A stretch of 64,000 bases of DNA, taken from contig CAXXTU010000002.1 in assembly GCA_963662655.2 (NCBI GenBank), forward strand, positions 576,001 through 640,000, read 5' to 3'. The position numbers and the translations under genes were made by a program. This DNA comes from Candidatus Cloacimonadales bacterium. GTDB taxonomy: Bacteria > Cloacimonadota > Cloacimonadia > Cloacimonadales > JAIOQZ01. This document shows, piece after piece, positions 39,806 to 49,700 of this stretch (its first letter is position 1; each line of letters starts with the position of its first letter). The notes under the pieces were generated by a model, which saw only the letters and a list, made by a program, of their open reading frames with translations, was not told the origin of the DNA and made no database searches.

Positions 39806-40522
39806 TTAATTCATTACTTCCTTGGAAACCTGGATGATATCGCCGGATCCATGCACGGATCGGCTGACGGATGACGGAGAGCCGATGTACTTCACGTCTC
39901 CCGATCCGTTGATCGCTGCGCTCAGCGCGGAATCTACCATGACGTTTACATCGCCTGATCCGTTGATGTGGACGGCGCAACTGCTGGCAAGCATATCGAA
40001 TGCCTGTACATCTCCCGAGCCGTTCACCGCGACCTGCAAGCTGCCGGTCTGTCCTTTGAGATGGCAGTCGCCGGACCCGTCGATACTGACGTTGGTGTTT
40101 TCATACTCGGCAACAAGACTACAGTCTCCCGATCCGCGGATCGCGACACTCAGGTCTTTGCCCTTCAGCGAGCCATTGGAATCGATGTCTCCCGAGCCGT
40201 GAATCGCGATATTCTCAATTACCGGCATGCTCAGGTCGATATGAATGTTCTTGTGCGAGCGGATATTCACCTGTTCCTGAAAGCGAATTCGAAGCGTGCC
40301 GTTGTCAACCTCGGTAACGATGTACTCCATCAGGTTGTCTTCGGCGGAAATCTCGCACGAGTAGGTCTTGCTCTGGGTTATTGTGACATCGCCCGAGAAG
40401 TGGAGAGAGACTCCGGTGAAATCCGATACTTCTCGGAATTCTTTGACGATATTGCCTGAGCCAGAAATGGCCATGCACGCGATGGAAACGATTAGCAGTC
40501 CAAAAACAAAAGCTGTTTTCAC
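39806..40522 (-). CDS. DUF2807 / head-GIN domain (adhesin-like) exported protein
   Basis: GSGNIVKE.R.VSDF, repeated I.GSGD motifs. Confidence 0.88.
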   Translation of the reverse strand: MKTAFVFGLLIVSIACMAISGSGNIVKEFREVSDFTGVSLHFSGDVTITQSKTYSCEISAEDNLMEYIVTEVDNGTLRIRFQEQVNIRSHKNIHIDLSMPVIENIAIHGSGDIDSNGSLKGKDLSVAIRGSGDCSLVAEYENTNVSIDGSGDCHLKGQTGSLQVAVNGSGDVQAFDMLASSCAVHINGSGDVNVMVDSALSAAINGSGDVKYIGSPSSVSRSVHGSGDIIQVSKEVMN

Positions 40523-40568
40523 AAAACCTCCTGGGTTGTTGACATATCTGGAAGTCAGTTGGTTATTA

Positions 40569-40838
40569 TCAATCTGTTTTCTCTTTCACGTTTTTTACAA
40601 TGTGAAGGTTCGTGAATTGTCTTCTCACTCGCCGATTGGCAATCCTCTCAAGAATGAAAAACACGATGATGCCGAAACTGACGCTCATGATTGCGTACAT
40701 GAGCAAGTTGTCATTCTCGGTGTCCTTGAAATATTGAAATGATAGAACACACATTCCCAACAAACCAATCACGAAAACAATAATCCCGACAATCACCATC
40801 CTCTTGCTTGATTTTGCTGTCTTTGTAAACATAAACAC
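40569..40838 (-). CDS. Small two-TM hypothetical protein
   Basis: Two hydrophobic segments; GAGG RBS. Confidence 0.55.
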   Translation of the reverse strand: MFMFTKTAKSSKRMVIVGIIVFVIGLLGMCVLSFQYFKDTENDNLLMYAIMSVSFGIIVFFILERIANRRVRRQFTNLHIVKNVKEKTD

Positions 40839-41393
40839 CTCTTTGAATAAAAATTGGAAAATGAAAGCTGGCTGTCAAGGATTATCGCGGTGTCGCACAT
40901 CTCCGGCTATGGCGTTGTGGCATAACACCTTTCAACAGCGAGAAATAATACCCCATACAAGCAAGGATAATAGTGGTTTACAGTACAAAGTTTGTTGACA
41001 CCATTCTTGAATAAACGAGTATTCTAAGTCGTTGCATCGATTGCTGAATCCGAAAAAATAATAGAATATTTATGCCGGGAAATTCATTTTGGGCCGTTTT
41101 ATGCACTACGAATCTTGATTTGCTCAACTGAATCGACTCGTGAGATGCATGCGCTGGATAATGTCCATTCATGTGTTTACGATGTGTTAACTTCGTGGGC
41201 AACTCAAATTGCCATGTACGATTGCGTAAAATATGTACGTTTTCGTGCATTGCGGATGTTCTTTGAAATGCGATTGAACGTTTTAACGCGCTCGCTTGAA
41301 AATCATTCTGATATCATAATCGAATTGAATTCATACTGACATGGATGTAAACAACGACATCACAATAGAAATCACACTGAAAATGGAGGTGGA

Positions 41394-44300
41394 ATGAAAA
41401 TGAAACATTCACGGAAATTGATGTTATTAATCGTTTTATTGATGGCAGCGTTAAGCGCTCAAGCGCTTTACGTCGAAATCGGTGAAGGGACAAGTACAAC
41501 GTACTACTCTCCTGTTACCGGTTTATGGGACTACGGTTGGTCCAGAACGATCTTTTTGGCCGACGAACTCGGTACTGCAATGGATATCACAGGTTTGAGC
41601 TTACAGGTAAGTAATTCAGCCGCGCTAGATTATACCTTTGCAAACCAGAGTATCTATCTTGTTCACACTGCAGATGCAGAATTCACGGATCCTTCCTATC
41701 TCGATCCAGAAACTGCCGGTTACACACTGGTTAGGAATGGCGATATCACTTTCACCGGAACGGACTGGATAGAAATTCAGTTCGATAACGCTTTCTCCTA
41801 CAATGGCACGGACAATCTCATTCTCTGCTGGGTCAATAACGACGGAGACTGGGACTCGGACTATCCTGTCTTCTACTACACTTACATTTCGGGTCGTTGT
41901 TTATACGACAACCAGGACACAACTTTCCCCCAAATCGATGGAGCAATATCGGGTTATGTACCCAACATTCGTTTCCATTACACCATCGAAGGCGCACCGG
42001 AAGTCGCCTCAGATCCCAATCCTGGAAACGGCGCGGAAGATGTTCCTACAGACCTGAGTTCCCTGAGCTGGACCTTTGGCGCGAACACAAACAATTTCGA
42101 TGTTTACTTTGGGACGGACAATCCTCCTACGACGCTTATCGCTGACAATCAGGCAGCGTTCTCACCAATCGTAAGCCTTGAAGAAGAGCTTCTCGCAGAG
42201 ACGGATTATTACTGGAAAGTGATCTCCAGAAACAGTATCGGAGAAGTCTCCGGACCGGTATGGAGCTTTAAAACCGAAGACGTTTTGATCACCGAGTTCC
42301 CATACGGTTCGGATTTCGATGTGTTCCCTCCGGCCTATTTCGATCTTACAGGTGGTACAAGGAACTGGGCGCGGTATTCTTCCAACGGAATTACTGCCGC
42401 GTATTGTAATCTGTGGTCATGGGAAGAGGGCAATACAGCCTACATGAAACTTCCTCACATGACGCTTCCCGAATCACCGGCATTGACTTTCAACTGGTCT
42501 CATTTTTATAACGATGAATATCTTGAAGATGCTTTGACAGTTCAGATTTCCACAGACGATGGTGAAACTTGGACAAACCTTTGGTATAAAGAAGGTGTCG
42601 ACCTTGATTCAAACGATGGCGCTGGAAACACATCCCCCGGCGATTTTTCAACGATAGAAAACATCTCCCTCAACGACTATACTGGCCAGACGGTCGAGAT
42701 TCGCTTCTATGCACTCTCTGGATACGGCCCCAATCTCTATGTCGATAACGTTTACGTTTATTCCACGGGCACACCTCCCGGCCATGTGACTGCAGTAAGC
42801 CCCGAAGATGGCGAGGAAGGCGTTCTTCTGGACGGTACCCTTCAATGGAGCGCTGCTTTTGGAGCTGAGGGTTACAGTCTGTCATTTGGTACGGACAACC
42901 CACCAACGAACATTGTCAACAATGCCGACCAGGGCGAAAACACGACGTACGCATTCGAGAACCTCGATATCAATACCGTGTACTACTGGCAAGTCGTGCC
43001 TTACAATGGAGGCGGAAACGCCGTTGACTGCCCTGTATTCAGTTTCACGTCGATCGCAGTTCCTCTTCCTGCATCCGCTGTTGCGCCGACAAACTACGCT
43101 ACTGAAATTCCAAACGCAGGCACCCTGGAATGGTCGGACGCCTATATCGCTACCGGATACAAACTGTTCCTTGGAACAGACGACCCTCCCACAGACATTG
43201 TGAATGGAACGGACCTCGGCGAAGCGACTACATACAACTTCTCCGATCTCGACCTCAACACTACCTACTACTGGCAGGTTGTTCCTTACAATGGCAACGG
43301 CGATGCCGTCGATTGCCCGGTATGGAGATTCACTACGTTCAATTTGCCTGAAGTAACGGATTACAAAGCGCCTCGTGAAGAAGAACTCGATGTTCCCGAA
43401 TCGGGCGTACTTGTTTGGGATGAAATCGATGCTGACGGCTACTGCTTGTTCTTCGGAACCGACAATCCTCCAACAAACGTTGTGAATGGAAGCGACCTTG
43501 GTTTGGATAACTACTACCAATACCAAAATCTGGCGTTGAACACAACCTACTACTGGCAGGTCGTTCCTTACAACGCTGCCGGTAATGCAATCGAATGCCC
43601 GATCTGGAGCTTCACGACTGTCGCGACAAGTTCCAACTTCGGTACGGACGGTACGTACTACTTCGCGAACAGCATCTCCGATGGTGCTGCGCCCAGCTAT
43701 CCAACTTATAACTGGATCGATACGACGGATCATACAGAGTTGGTTCTGAACGGTAGTTCCCCTGATAACGGCAGCGCTGATGATGGAAACTGGAAGGTTG
43801 CATTACCGTTCAGCTTCCCGTTCTACGGAACGATGCAGGATACCGTTTGGGTGTCGACCAACGGAACGATCACATTCAGCAATTCCGCTCCGTACCAGAA
43901 CAAGCTCATCCCGGATGCAACAGTTCCCAACGGCTTAATTGCACCTCTGTGGGACGATTTCGAGTATTCGAACGATGCTCAGGTGTTTGTCGGTTCGAGC
44001 TCGAACAGCGTTACCATTACATACTGGCATCTGCCTACCCATACCTCTCCAACCAGCTACTACATGACGACACAGGTTACCATGTTCACAGACGGCAAAA
44101 TCATCGTGTGCTTCAACTACGATGAAAGCGCCGGCTATGTCAACTTTGGTGGCGCTTACGAATACGACTGTACAGTCGGTATTGAAAACATGGATGCAAC
44201 ATCCGGTATCCAGTATCGTGCATGTACGGATTACAACGGTGAATCCCCTCTGTATAACTTTGTCGGCGGACCAATCTATGATGTGAACGGCGGAAACCTG

Positions 44301-44609
44301 GCTCTGGCATTCGGTACCGACCAGAACGATCTCGACTGGCCTGTTGCCGGTCCTGGCGCACCGACAAACGTTGCGATCACCGTTGCCGAAGGCGCGACCC
44401 AGCTCAGCTGGAGCGCAGTCGACGGAGCAGCTTGTTACCACATCTACTACTGTGAGACACCGGACGGCACATTCGAGCTGCTCGGAACCACGGCAGAGAC
44501 GAGCTACACGCACAACGTTGTGAGTGGCAAATATTTCTACCATGTGAAATCGGACGACAGCGGAATCCTTCGCAACAACGTCCGTAAGTCCAGAAAGTTC
44601 TCAAAATAA
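41394..44609 (+). CDS. Large secreted multidomain surface protein (four Fn3-like repeats, nidogen-like region, C-terminal Fn3-like domain)
   Basis: GGAGG RBS, signal peptide; four GTD.PPT...YYW.V..W.F.T repeats; LPFSFPFYG...VSTNG...IAPLWDD motif. Confidence 0.85.
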   Translation: MKMKHSRKLMLLIVLLMAALSAQALYVEIGEGTSTTYYSPVTGLWDYGWSRTIFLADELGTAMDITGLSLQVSNSAALDYTFANQSIYLVHTADAEFTDPSYLDPETAGYTLVRNGDITFTGTDWIEIQFDNAFSYNGTDNLILCWVNNDGDWDSDYPVFYYTYISGRCLYDNQDTTFPQIDGAISGYVPNIRFHYTIEGAPEVASDPNPGNGAEDVPTDLSSLSWTFGANTNNFDVYFGTDNPPTTLIADNQAAFSPIVSLEEELLAETDYYWKVISRNSIGEVSGPVWSFKTEDVLITEFPYGSDFDVFPPAYFDLTGGTRNWARYSSNGITAAYCNLWSWEEGNTAYMKLPHMTLPESPALTFNWSHFYNDEYLEDALTVQISTDDGETWTNLWYKEGVDLDSNDGAGNTSPGDFSTIENISLNDYTGQTVEIRFYALSGYGPNLYVDNVYVYSTGTPPGHVTAVSPEDGEEGVLLDGTLQWSAAFGAEGYSLSFGTDNPPTNIVNNADQGENTTYAFENLDINTVYYWQVVPYNGGGNAVDCPVFSFTSIAVPLPASAVAPTNYATEIPNAGTLEWSDAYIATGYKLFLGTDDPPTDIVNGTDLGEATTYNFSDLDLNTTYYWQVVPYNGNGDAVDCPVWRFTTFNLPEVTDYKAPREEELDVPESGVLVWDEIDADGYCLFFGTDNPPTNVVNGSDLGLDNYYQYQNLALNTTYYWQVVPYNAAGNAIECPIWSFTTVATSSNFGTDGTYYFANSISDGAAPSYPTYNWIDTTDHTELVLNGSSPDNGSADDGNWKVALPFSFPFYGTMQDTVWVSTNGTITFSNSAPYQNKLIPDATVPNGLIAPLWDDFEYSNDAQVFVGSSSNSVTITYWHLPTHTSPTSYYMTTQVTMFTDGKIIVCFNYDESAGYVNFGGAYEYDCTVGIENMDATSGIQYRACTDYNGESPLYNFVGGPIYDVNGGNLALAFGTDQNDLDWPVAGPGAPTNVAITVAEGATQLSWSAVDGAACYHIYYCETPDGTFELLGTTAETSYTHNVVSGKYFYHVKSDDSGILRNNVRKSRKFSK

Positions 44610-44634
44610 GGGTATATTCCCCCCTTATTGCCAT

Positions 44635-44661
44635 AAAACCGGCTGCCCCACAGCCGGTTTT
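44635..44661 (+). terminator. Terminator after the surface-protein gene
   Basis: AAAACCGGCTG-CCCCA-CAGCCGGTTTT. Confidence 0.8.
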
Positions 44662-44672
44662 CTTATTATGCG

Positions 44673-44706
44673 AAAAGGCCAACATCCTCATGGACGTTGG
44701 CCTTTT
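44673..44706 (-). terminator. Terminator after the peroxiredoxin gene
   Basis: AAAAGGCCAACATCC-TCAT-GGACGTTGGCCTTTT. Confidence 0.8.
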
Positions 44707-44730
44707 GTCTTGCAGAGGGACTATCTATGA

Positions 44731-45414
44731 CTATAACTTGAGCTCTTTGAAGCAGAGGAACCAGTCGAGGCACTCGTATTCTTCGCCGGCGCCTTTAACG
44801 CGATCCGCAGCCTGTCCGCATGATCCTGGCGGCGGGATGATCACCTTGTCGCCGGGACGCCAGTCGGCGGGAGTAGCAACTCCGTACTTCTCAGCGGTTT
44901 GCATCGCGATGAGGAGTCTCTTGATCTCATCGAAGTTGCGGCCATTTGCCAACGGGTAGTAGACAAGCGCCCTGATCTTGGCGTTCGGGTCGATGAAGAA
45001 CACCGCGCGAACCGCCTGGGTGTCGGACGCTTCCGGCATCACCATGCCAAACGCCTTCGCGACGTCCATCTTCAGGTCTGCGATCACCGGGAATTTCACT
45101 TCGACATCCTTCATTCCCTTCCACTGGATTTTCTCTTTGATCGTACGAAGCCAGGCGATGTGCGAGTAATGGCTGTCGATGGAAAGGCCGATCAACTCTG
45201 TGTTGAGCTTCTCGAAATCTTCCTTCATGGAAGCGAATGTCATGAACTCGGTGGTGCATACGGGTGTGAAATCGGCCGGATGGCTGAAAAGGACGACCCA
45301 TTTGCCTTTGTAATCTTCAGGGAACTTAATGACGCCCTGAGTCGTCATAGCTGTAAACGATGGGGCTGTTTCTCCGATTAATGGGATGCGGGGAACGTTC
45401 TGTTCTTGGTTCAT
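44731..45414 (-). CDS. Peroxiredoxin, Prx6/TDXH type
   Basis: FSHPADFTPVCTTEF, GRNFDEI, ATPADW.PG, CLDWFLC. Confidence 0.95.
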   Translation of the reverse strand: MNQEQNVPRIPLIGETAPSFTAMTTQGVIKFPEDYKGKWVVLFSHPADFTPVCTTEFMTFASMKEDFEKLNTELIGLSIDSHYSHIAWLRTIKEKIQWKGMKDVEVKFPVIADLKMDVAKAFGMVMPEASDTQAVRAVFFIDPNAKIRALVYYPLANGRNFDEIKRLLIAMQTAEKYGVATPADWRPGDKVIIPPPGSCGQAADRVKGAGEEYECLDWFLCFKELKL

Positions 45415-45438
45415 TTCTTTCTCCTTGGTTTTTCTTGT

Positions 45439-45897
45439 TTATTCTGTTGTGTTTTGAATGCAATTGTTGCAGATACCCCGGACTTCGATGGTAATCCTCT
45501 CGACATTCCCGATTTCCGGCAGGTCGGAAGGAATATTCAGGCAGTTCAAATGATCGTTCATGAAGTCGTAGACCTCTCCACAGACTTTACAGGTGAAGTG
45601 GTGGTGCTTGTCGAAATTGGCGTCGAAACGAGTTCTTTCCCGCGAATTGCCCAGCGCTTGGAGAATGTCCATGTCGACGAGCAGCCACAGCGTTCGATAA
45701 ACGGTATCGAGCGAGACAGTGGGCAGACGTTTGCGGATATTCTTGTAGATATTCTCCGCCGAGGGGTGATCGTGTGACTTCAGAACCTCTTTGAATATCT
45801 CCATCCTCTGATGGGTCGCTTTCACTCCGGATTCTCTTAAGCGGTCCTTGAGAATCTCCAGCATTTGATCTACGTTTTCTCGTTTGCTCTTTTCCAT
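45439..45897 (-). CDS. perR: Fur-family regulator, PerR-like
   Basis: THQR..I, DHPSAE, SLDTVYRTL, RFDAN...HHHFTCKVC, GICNNC; upstream of a peroxiredoxin. Confidence 0.8.
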   Translation of the reverse strand: MEKSKRENVDQMLEILKDRLRESGVKATHQRMEIFKEVLKSHDHPSAENIYKNIRKRLPTVSLDTVYRTLWLLVDMDILQALGNSRERTRFDANFDKHHHFTCKVCGEVYDFMNDHLNCLNIPSDLPEIGNVERITIEVRGICNNCIQNTTE

Positions 45898-45910
45898 CGG
45901 TTATTCCTTG

Positions 45911-45927
45911 TTAGTAATCATTCCTAA
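45911..45927. promoter_or_regulatory. Candidate PerR/Fur operator
   Basis: TTAGTAAT-C-ATTCCTAA, an 8-1-8 inverted repeat with one mismatch, just upstream of the regulator start. Confidence 0.55.
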
Positions 45928-46051
45928 ATAGGATAATTCACGAATGGGAAATGTCAAATTCTTTTTTGTTCTTCTAGCGAATGATCCGATAATCGATGTT
46001 AGATTATTGTGCAATAGTTTGTAAAATAAGATAGATAAATACGTTAGGGTT

Positions 46052-46912
46052 TCACTCTTTCAGGGATTTATTATGGATGACGCTTGTGATCTCGGCTCCG
46101 AAAAAGATGATCTGGATTGTGTAGTAGAGCCAGAAAAGCAGTAGCATGATAGATCCGGCTGTTCCATACAGCGAGCCAATCATACTCCGAGAGAGGTAGA
46201 AACCGATCAATTGTTGACCGAGCAGAAAAAGGATCGTGGTTGTGATCGCTCCCGGGATTACCTCGCGCCACTTCGTCCGGGAGGATGGCAGGTAGTGGAA
46301 GATAACGGTGAACAGCGCGGTGATGATCACGAACCCGCCGATGACGTTGAGGGTCTCCAGAAAGCTGGGGAAGCCGGGGAGGATTCGATCAAGGAAGTGC
46401 ACGAACGTCGTGATGAACGTACTGACGAAGATGACGAGAACCACCAGGAAACCGATCCCGATCACGATGAGGATGGAGTAGAAGCGCTCGATCAATCCGT
46501 GAACGATGGGATTGCGAGAAGAGGGCGGCACTTCGAGAATCGTGTTCATCGCGTCTCGAAGTTGCAGGAACACCCTCGACGCGCCGAAGAGGAGGAAGAT
46601 GAAGCCGAAAAGCGCGGCAACGATGTTTGTGGAGTTTTGGGTGTGTTCGCTCAGGAAGTATTTCAGTACCTCCTCTGCCTGGTTGCCCGAGAATTCCCCC
46701 AGTTTCTGCAACAGCTCTGTCTGGGCGGATTGCTCGCCATAGAAGAAACCCGCGATCGAGATCGCGATAATCGCGAGGGGAGCCAGCGAGAACAGCGTGT
46801 AAAACGTAACGGCGGCCGCGATGGCAGAGTTCTTGTGCTTGGACCAGTTATCCAGAACCTTGTTGAACATCCGCCAGGAAGTTTTTATAGAGTCTATAAT
46901 GTTTACACTCAT
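46052..46912 (-). CDS. YihY / BrkB family membrane protein
   Basis: AAAVTFYTLFSLAP, ASRVF.QLRDAMN, YG.AGS...LLFWLYY...FFGAE. Confidence 0.92.
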   Translation of the reverse strand: MSVNIIDSIKTSWRMFNKVLDNWSKHKNSAIAAAVTFYTLFSLAPLAIIAISIAGFFYGEQSAQTELLQKLGEFSGNQAEEVLKYFLSEHTQNSTNIVAALFGFIFLLFGASRVFLQLRDAMNTILEVPPSSRNPIVHGLIERFYSILIVIGIGFLVVLVIFVSTFITTFVHFLDRILPGFPSFLETLNVIGGFVIITALFTVIFHYLPSSRTKWREVIPGAITTTILFLLGQQLIGFYLSRSMIGSLYGTAGSIMLLLFWLYYTIQIIFFGAEITSVIHNKSLKE

Positions 46913-46978
46913 TGCTGAATTGTACGCTGCCGGGAAAGGAAGTCAAGAAATTCGATACATCGAGTGAAGCGTTACTCG

Positions 46979-47242
46979 CTACGGGTTCGTCTCGGGAAGG
47001 TCTTCTTGTTCGCAAAGGTGCTGAGTTATCTTGAAGTGAAGTTGTTCCATATCACGTTGTACCTTCTTCTGGTTATGCTCCGAGTACTCGTGCAGCACGT
47101 TGATAATCTCTTTGTCCTTCAGGTTTATTGTGAAGCAGTACATGCGCGTGTGGTTTTGCTGGATATTCAAAATCTCGCTCACGGCGGATATCAAACTGAG
47201 TTCAACCTTCCGGTTTTCATCGATAACAAGATACTTTGCCAT
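46979..47242 (-). CDS. Small hypothetical protein (87 aa), candidate sigma-54 target
   Basis: ATG at 47242 (MAKYLVID), 36 nt downstream of a -24/-12 motif. Confidence 0.6.
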   Translation of the reverse strand: MAKYLVIDENRKVELSLISAVSEILNIQQNHTRMYCFTINLKDKEIINVLHEYSEHNQKKVQRDMEQLHFKITQHLCEQEDLPETNP

Positions 47243-47277
47243 TGTCACATCCGGATGTTTTAATAAAAATGTAGATT

Positions 47278-47293
47278 TGCAATAGCAATGCCA
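47278..47293 (-). promoter_or_regulatory. Sigma-54 (-24/-12) promoter
   Basis: Minus strand TGGCAT-TGCTA-TTGCA, matching TGGCAC-N5-TTGC spacing; directly downstream of a bEBP gene. Confidence 0.7.
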
Positions 47294-47453
47294 AAAAACA
47301 TTCGTGGAAACTCGCTCGTGTAACGTTTTGCATGATAAACGGATAGGCAGATGGCGGATATTTTGCGTTTGCCAGAGAGAATAAGTCAAAATAAACGAGT
47401 CAATCAAATTGCTCATTCAAAATGACAGAAAGAAGCGATCGAAGGCAGAAAAA

Positions 47454-49577
47454 TCACCTGGAATTCGCGTCGATATCCCTGAGCTTTCGCTGGATCGTCG
47501 AGTAGGATATTCCCAGAAGCTTGGCAGCATTGGTTTGGTTGTTATCGGCTCTTCTCATGGCCTCGAGGATCAGCCTTTTCTCCATTTCCGCCATGGTTCC
47601 GAATGCTACTTCGCCGCTTGGGCGTTCTTCGACTTCCGGCTGATCCAGATCGAAGTTATCGATATCCAAAACATCGCCAGTGAACATGATCATGGCCTTT
47701 TCTACCATGTTTCTGAGCTCCCGGACATTCCCCGGGAAATGGTAATCGACGAGTTTATCGAGTAGATGCGGTGTGTACGACGGCGCTTTTTTCTTGAGCG
47801 CTCTGGCGAACTCATCGATGAAATACTGAAGAAGAGGCTCAATGTCGTCCTTCCGCTCGCGCAGGGGAGGGATATTGATTTCGATGGTATTGATCCGGTA
47901 GAGGAGGTCGGCTCTGAACACATTCTGCTTGATGAGCCCTCCGATATCCTTATTGGTAGCGGCAATCAGACGAAAATCGATCTTGATTTCCTTGTTCGAG
48001 CCGATCTGTTTGATCTTCTTATTCTCGAGCACGCGCAGGAGCTTTGCCTGCAGGGCGGTGGGCGTATCTGCAATCTCGTCGAGGAACAGCGTACCCATGT
48101 TCGCTTCTTCGATGTAGCCCGTCTTGTTCATCAGCGCGCCGGTGAATGCGCCCTTGATGTGGCCGAAGAATTCGCTCTCGACAAGCCCGTCGGGGATTGC
48201 GCTGCAATTGACCGGCACGATCAGATAATCCTTGCGTTTACTCGCGTAATGAATGATGTGCGCGATGATCTCCTTGCCCGTACCGCTTTCACCGGTTATC
48301 AGCACGCTGGTCTCCGAGTGGTTGGCAGCCGTCATCGCCAGGTCCATCACATCGCGGATTGCCCTGCTGCAACCGATGAAATTCATATTCATGTTGCGCT
48401 TCAAAGCGTCTGTGATCAACGATTTGTGCCGACGTGTCTCCTGAAGTTCGCGGTTTGTCTCGTCGTATTTCTCCTGAAGCGATGTCAGCTTCTCGATGAT
48501 GTTGTCGTTGAAGAATTTATCGTGGTATTCCGTGTACTTCTTGTAGTGATCGAGCGCTCCCTTGAAGTTGCCTTTAAGCTCTTCGATTTCGCTGAGCAGC
48601 TGGTAGGCGTCCTGGGTTTCTTTCTGCTTCCCGAATTTATTCGCGAACTCCAAGCTTCTCATCGTGAAGCTTTCGGCGTGATCGTATTGCCCCATTTTCT
48701 TGTAAACGGTTCCAATGTGTAACAGGAATTCGGCCATGAACCGGTAGTTCTTGTGGTGATCACATAACCTTTGGGCCTCGAGATACTGCTTCAGGGCGTT
48801 GGGGTAATCGCCGAGGTCCTCGTAAACGCCACCGATGTTGTTCGTGAGAACGATGATCATGGTGTGGTAATTGATTTGCTCCGCGACCTGCAATGACTCC
48901 TTGTAGTACGCCAGCGTTTTCTGGGGGTCTTCCTGGCTGTACGATACGCCCAGATTGTTCAACGCCTGGATGATTCCGCCCTGGTGATGGATATTTTTCA
49001 TCAAAATCAACGACTTGTTCAGGTATTCTCTCGATTTATCCATCTGATTGAGAATGCCGTAGATGACGCCAACCGATTCCACAACGCTTGCATAATTCAG
49101 ATACTGGTCGGATGAATCGGTCAACAGCCCCTTGTCCTGAAGGTTGGTATAATACTCCATCGCTTCGAGGAAGATTGAAAGCGCTTCGTCGTGCTTGCCC
49201 TGAAATCTGCAGAAAGTACCTTTAAGTACGTGCGCTTTAATATATCCGGCCGTGTTGCTGAGGGATGTAAATATCGCTTGCGATTCTTCGATGTCCTCGA
49301 ACGCCTGATCGATCAGCCCCAGACGGTTGTTCACAAAAGCGCGAATACGGAGCATATCCGCGACCTTGCTCTGATCATTGTTCCTTGAATAAAGCTCGAT
49401 CAGTTCATTGATGTATAAGATCGCCTTATTGTTCTCGTTCTCATCAATGCAAATCTTGAAGAGATCAGATAGCAGCTTGCCGAGTGAGGTTTTATCTTTT
49501 GCGCGTCTTGCTTGCGGGAGTTGCTTTTCGATATCTTGAATAGAAAGCTTTATATTATCATTCTGGGCCATACTCAT
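47454..49577 (-). CDS. Sigma-54-dependent activator (TPR repeats, AAA+, HTH)
   Basis: TPR motifs (LNNLGVSY, TNNIGGVY); GESGTGKE, ESEFFGH.KGAFTGA, LFLDEI, FRADLLYRI, PGNVREL, AAKLLGIS. Start approximate. Confidence 0.93.
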   Translation of the reverse strand: MSMAQNDNIKLSIQDIEKQLPQARRAKDKTSLGKLLSDLFKICIDENENNKAILYINELIELYSRNNDQSKVADMLRIRAFVNNRLGLIDQAFEDIEESQAIFTSLSNTAGYIKAHVLKGTFCRFQGKHDEALSIFLEAMEYYTNLQDKGLLTDSSDQYLNYASVVESVGVIYGILNQMDKSREYLNKSLILMKNIHHQGGIIQALNNLGVSYSQEDPQKTLAYYKESLQVAEQINYHTMIIVLTNNIGGVYEDLGDYPNALKQYLEAQRLCDHHKNYRFMAEFLLHIGTVYKKMGQYDHAESFTMRSLEFANKFGKQKETQDAYQLLSEIEELKGNFKGALDHYKKYTEYHDKFFNDNIIEKLTSLQEKYDETNRELQETRRHKSLITDALKRNMNMNFIGCSRAIRDVMDLAMTAANHSETSVLITGESGTGKEIIAHIIHYASKRKDYLIVPVNCSAIPDGLVESEFFGHIKGAFTGALMNKTGYIEEANMGTLFLDEIADTPTALQAKLLRVLENKKIKQIGSNKEIKIDFRLIAATNKDIGGLIKQNVFRADLLYRINTIEINIPPLRERKDDIEPLLQYFIDEFARALKKKAPSYTPHLLDKLVDYHFPGNVRELRNMVEKAMIMFTGDVLDIDNFDLDQPEVEERPSGEVAFGTMAEMEKRLILEAMRRADNNQTNAAKLLGISYSTIQRKLRDIDANSR

Positions 49578-49700
49578 CACATCCTGATTATAGATAATGT
49601 ATTGATTAAACAAGTGTATGAGACGATTTAAAGCGTATTCTGTCAAGTGGGATTTAATAATTTAAAACGGAGGATCGCGTAAGGATTGTGAGAATGAATT

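Noticed and set aside
47352..47366. Second -24/-12-like motif TGGCGG-ATATT-TTGC on the plus strand
   Set aside because: Weaker match, and it points into the 3' end of the activator gene with no downstream ORF.
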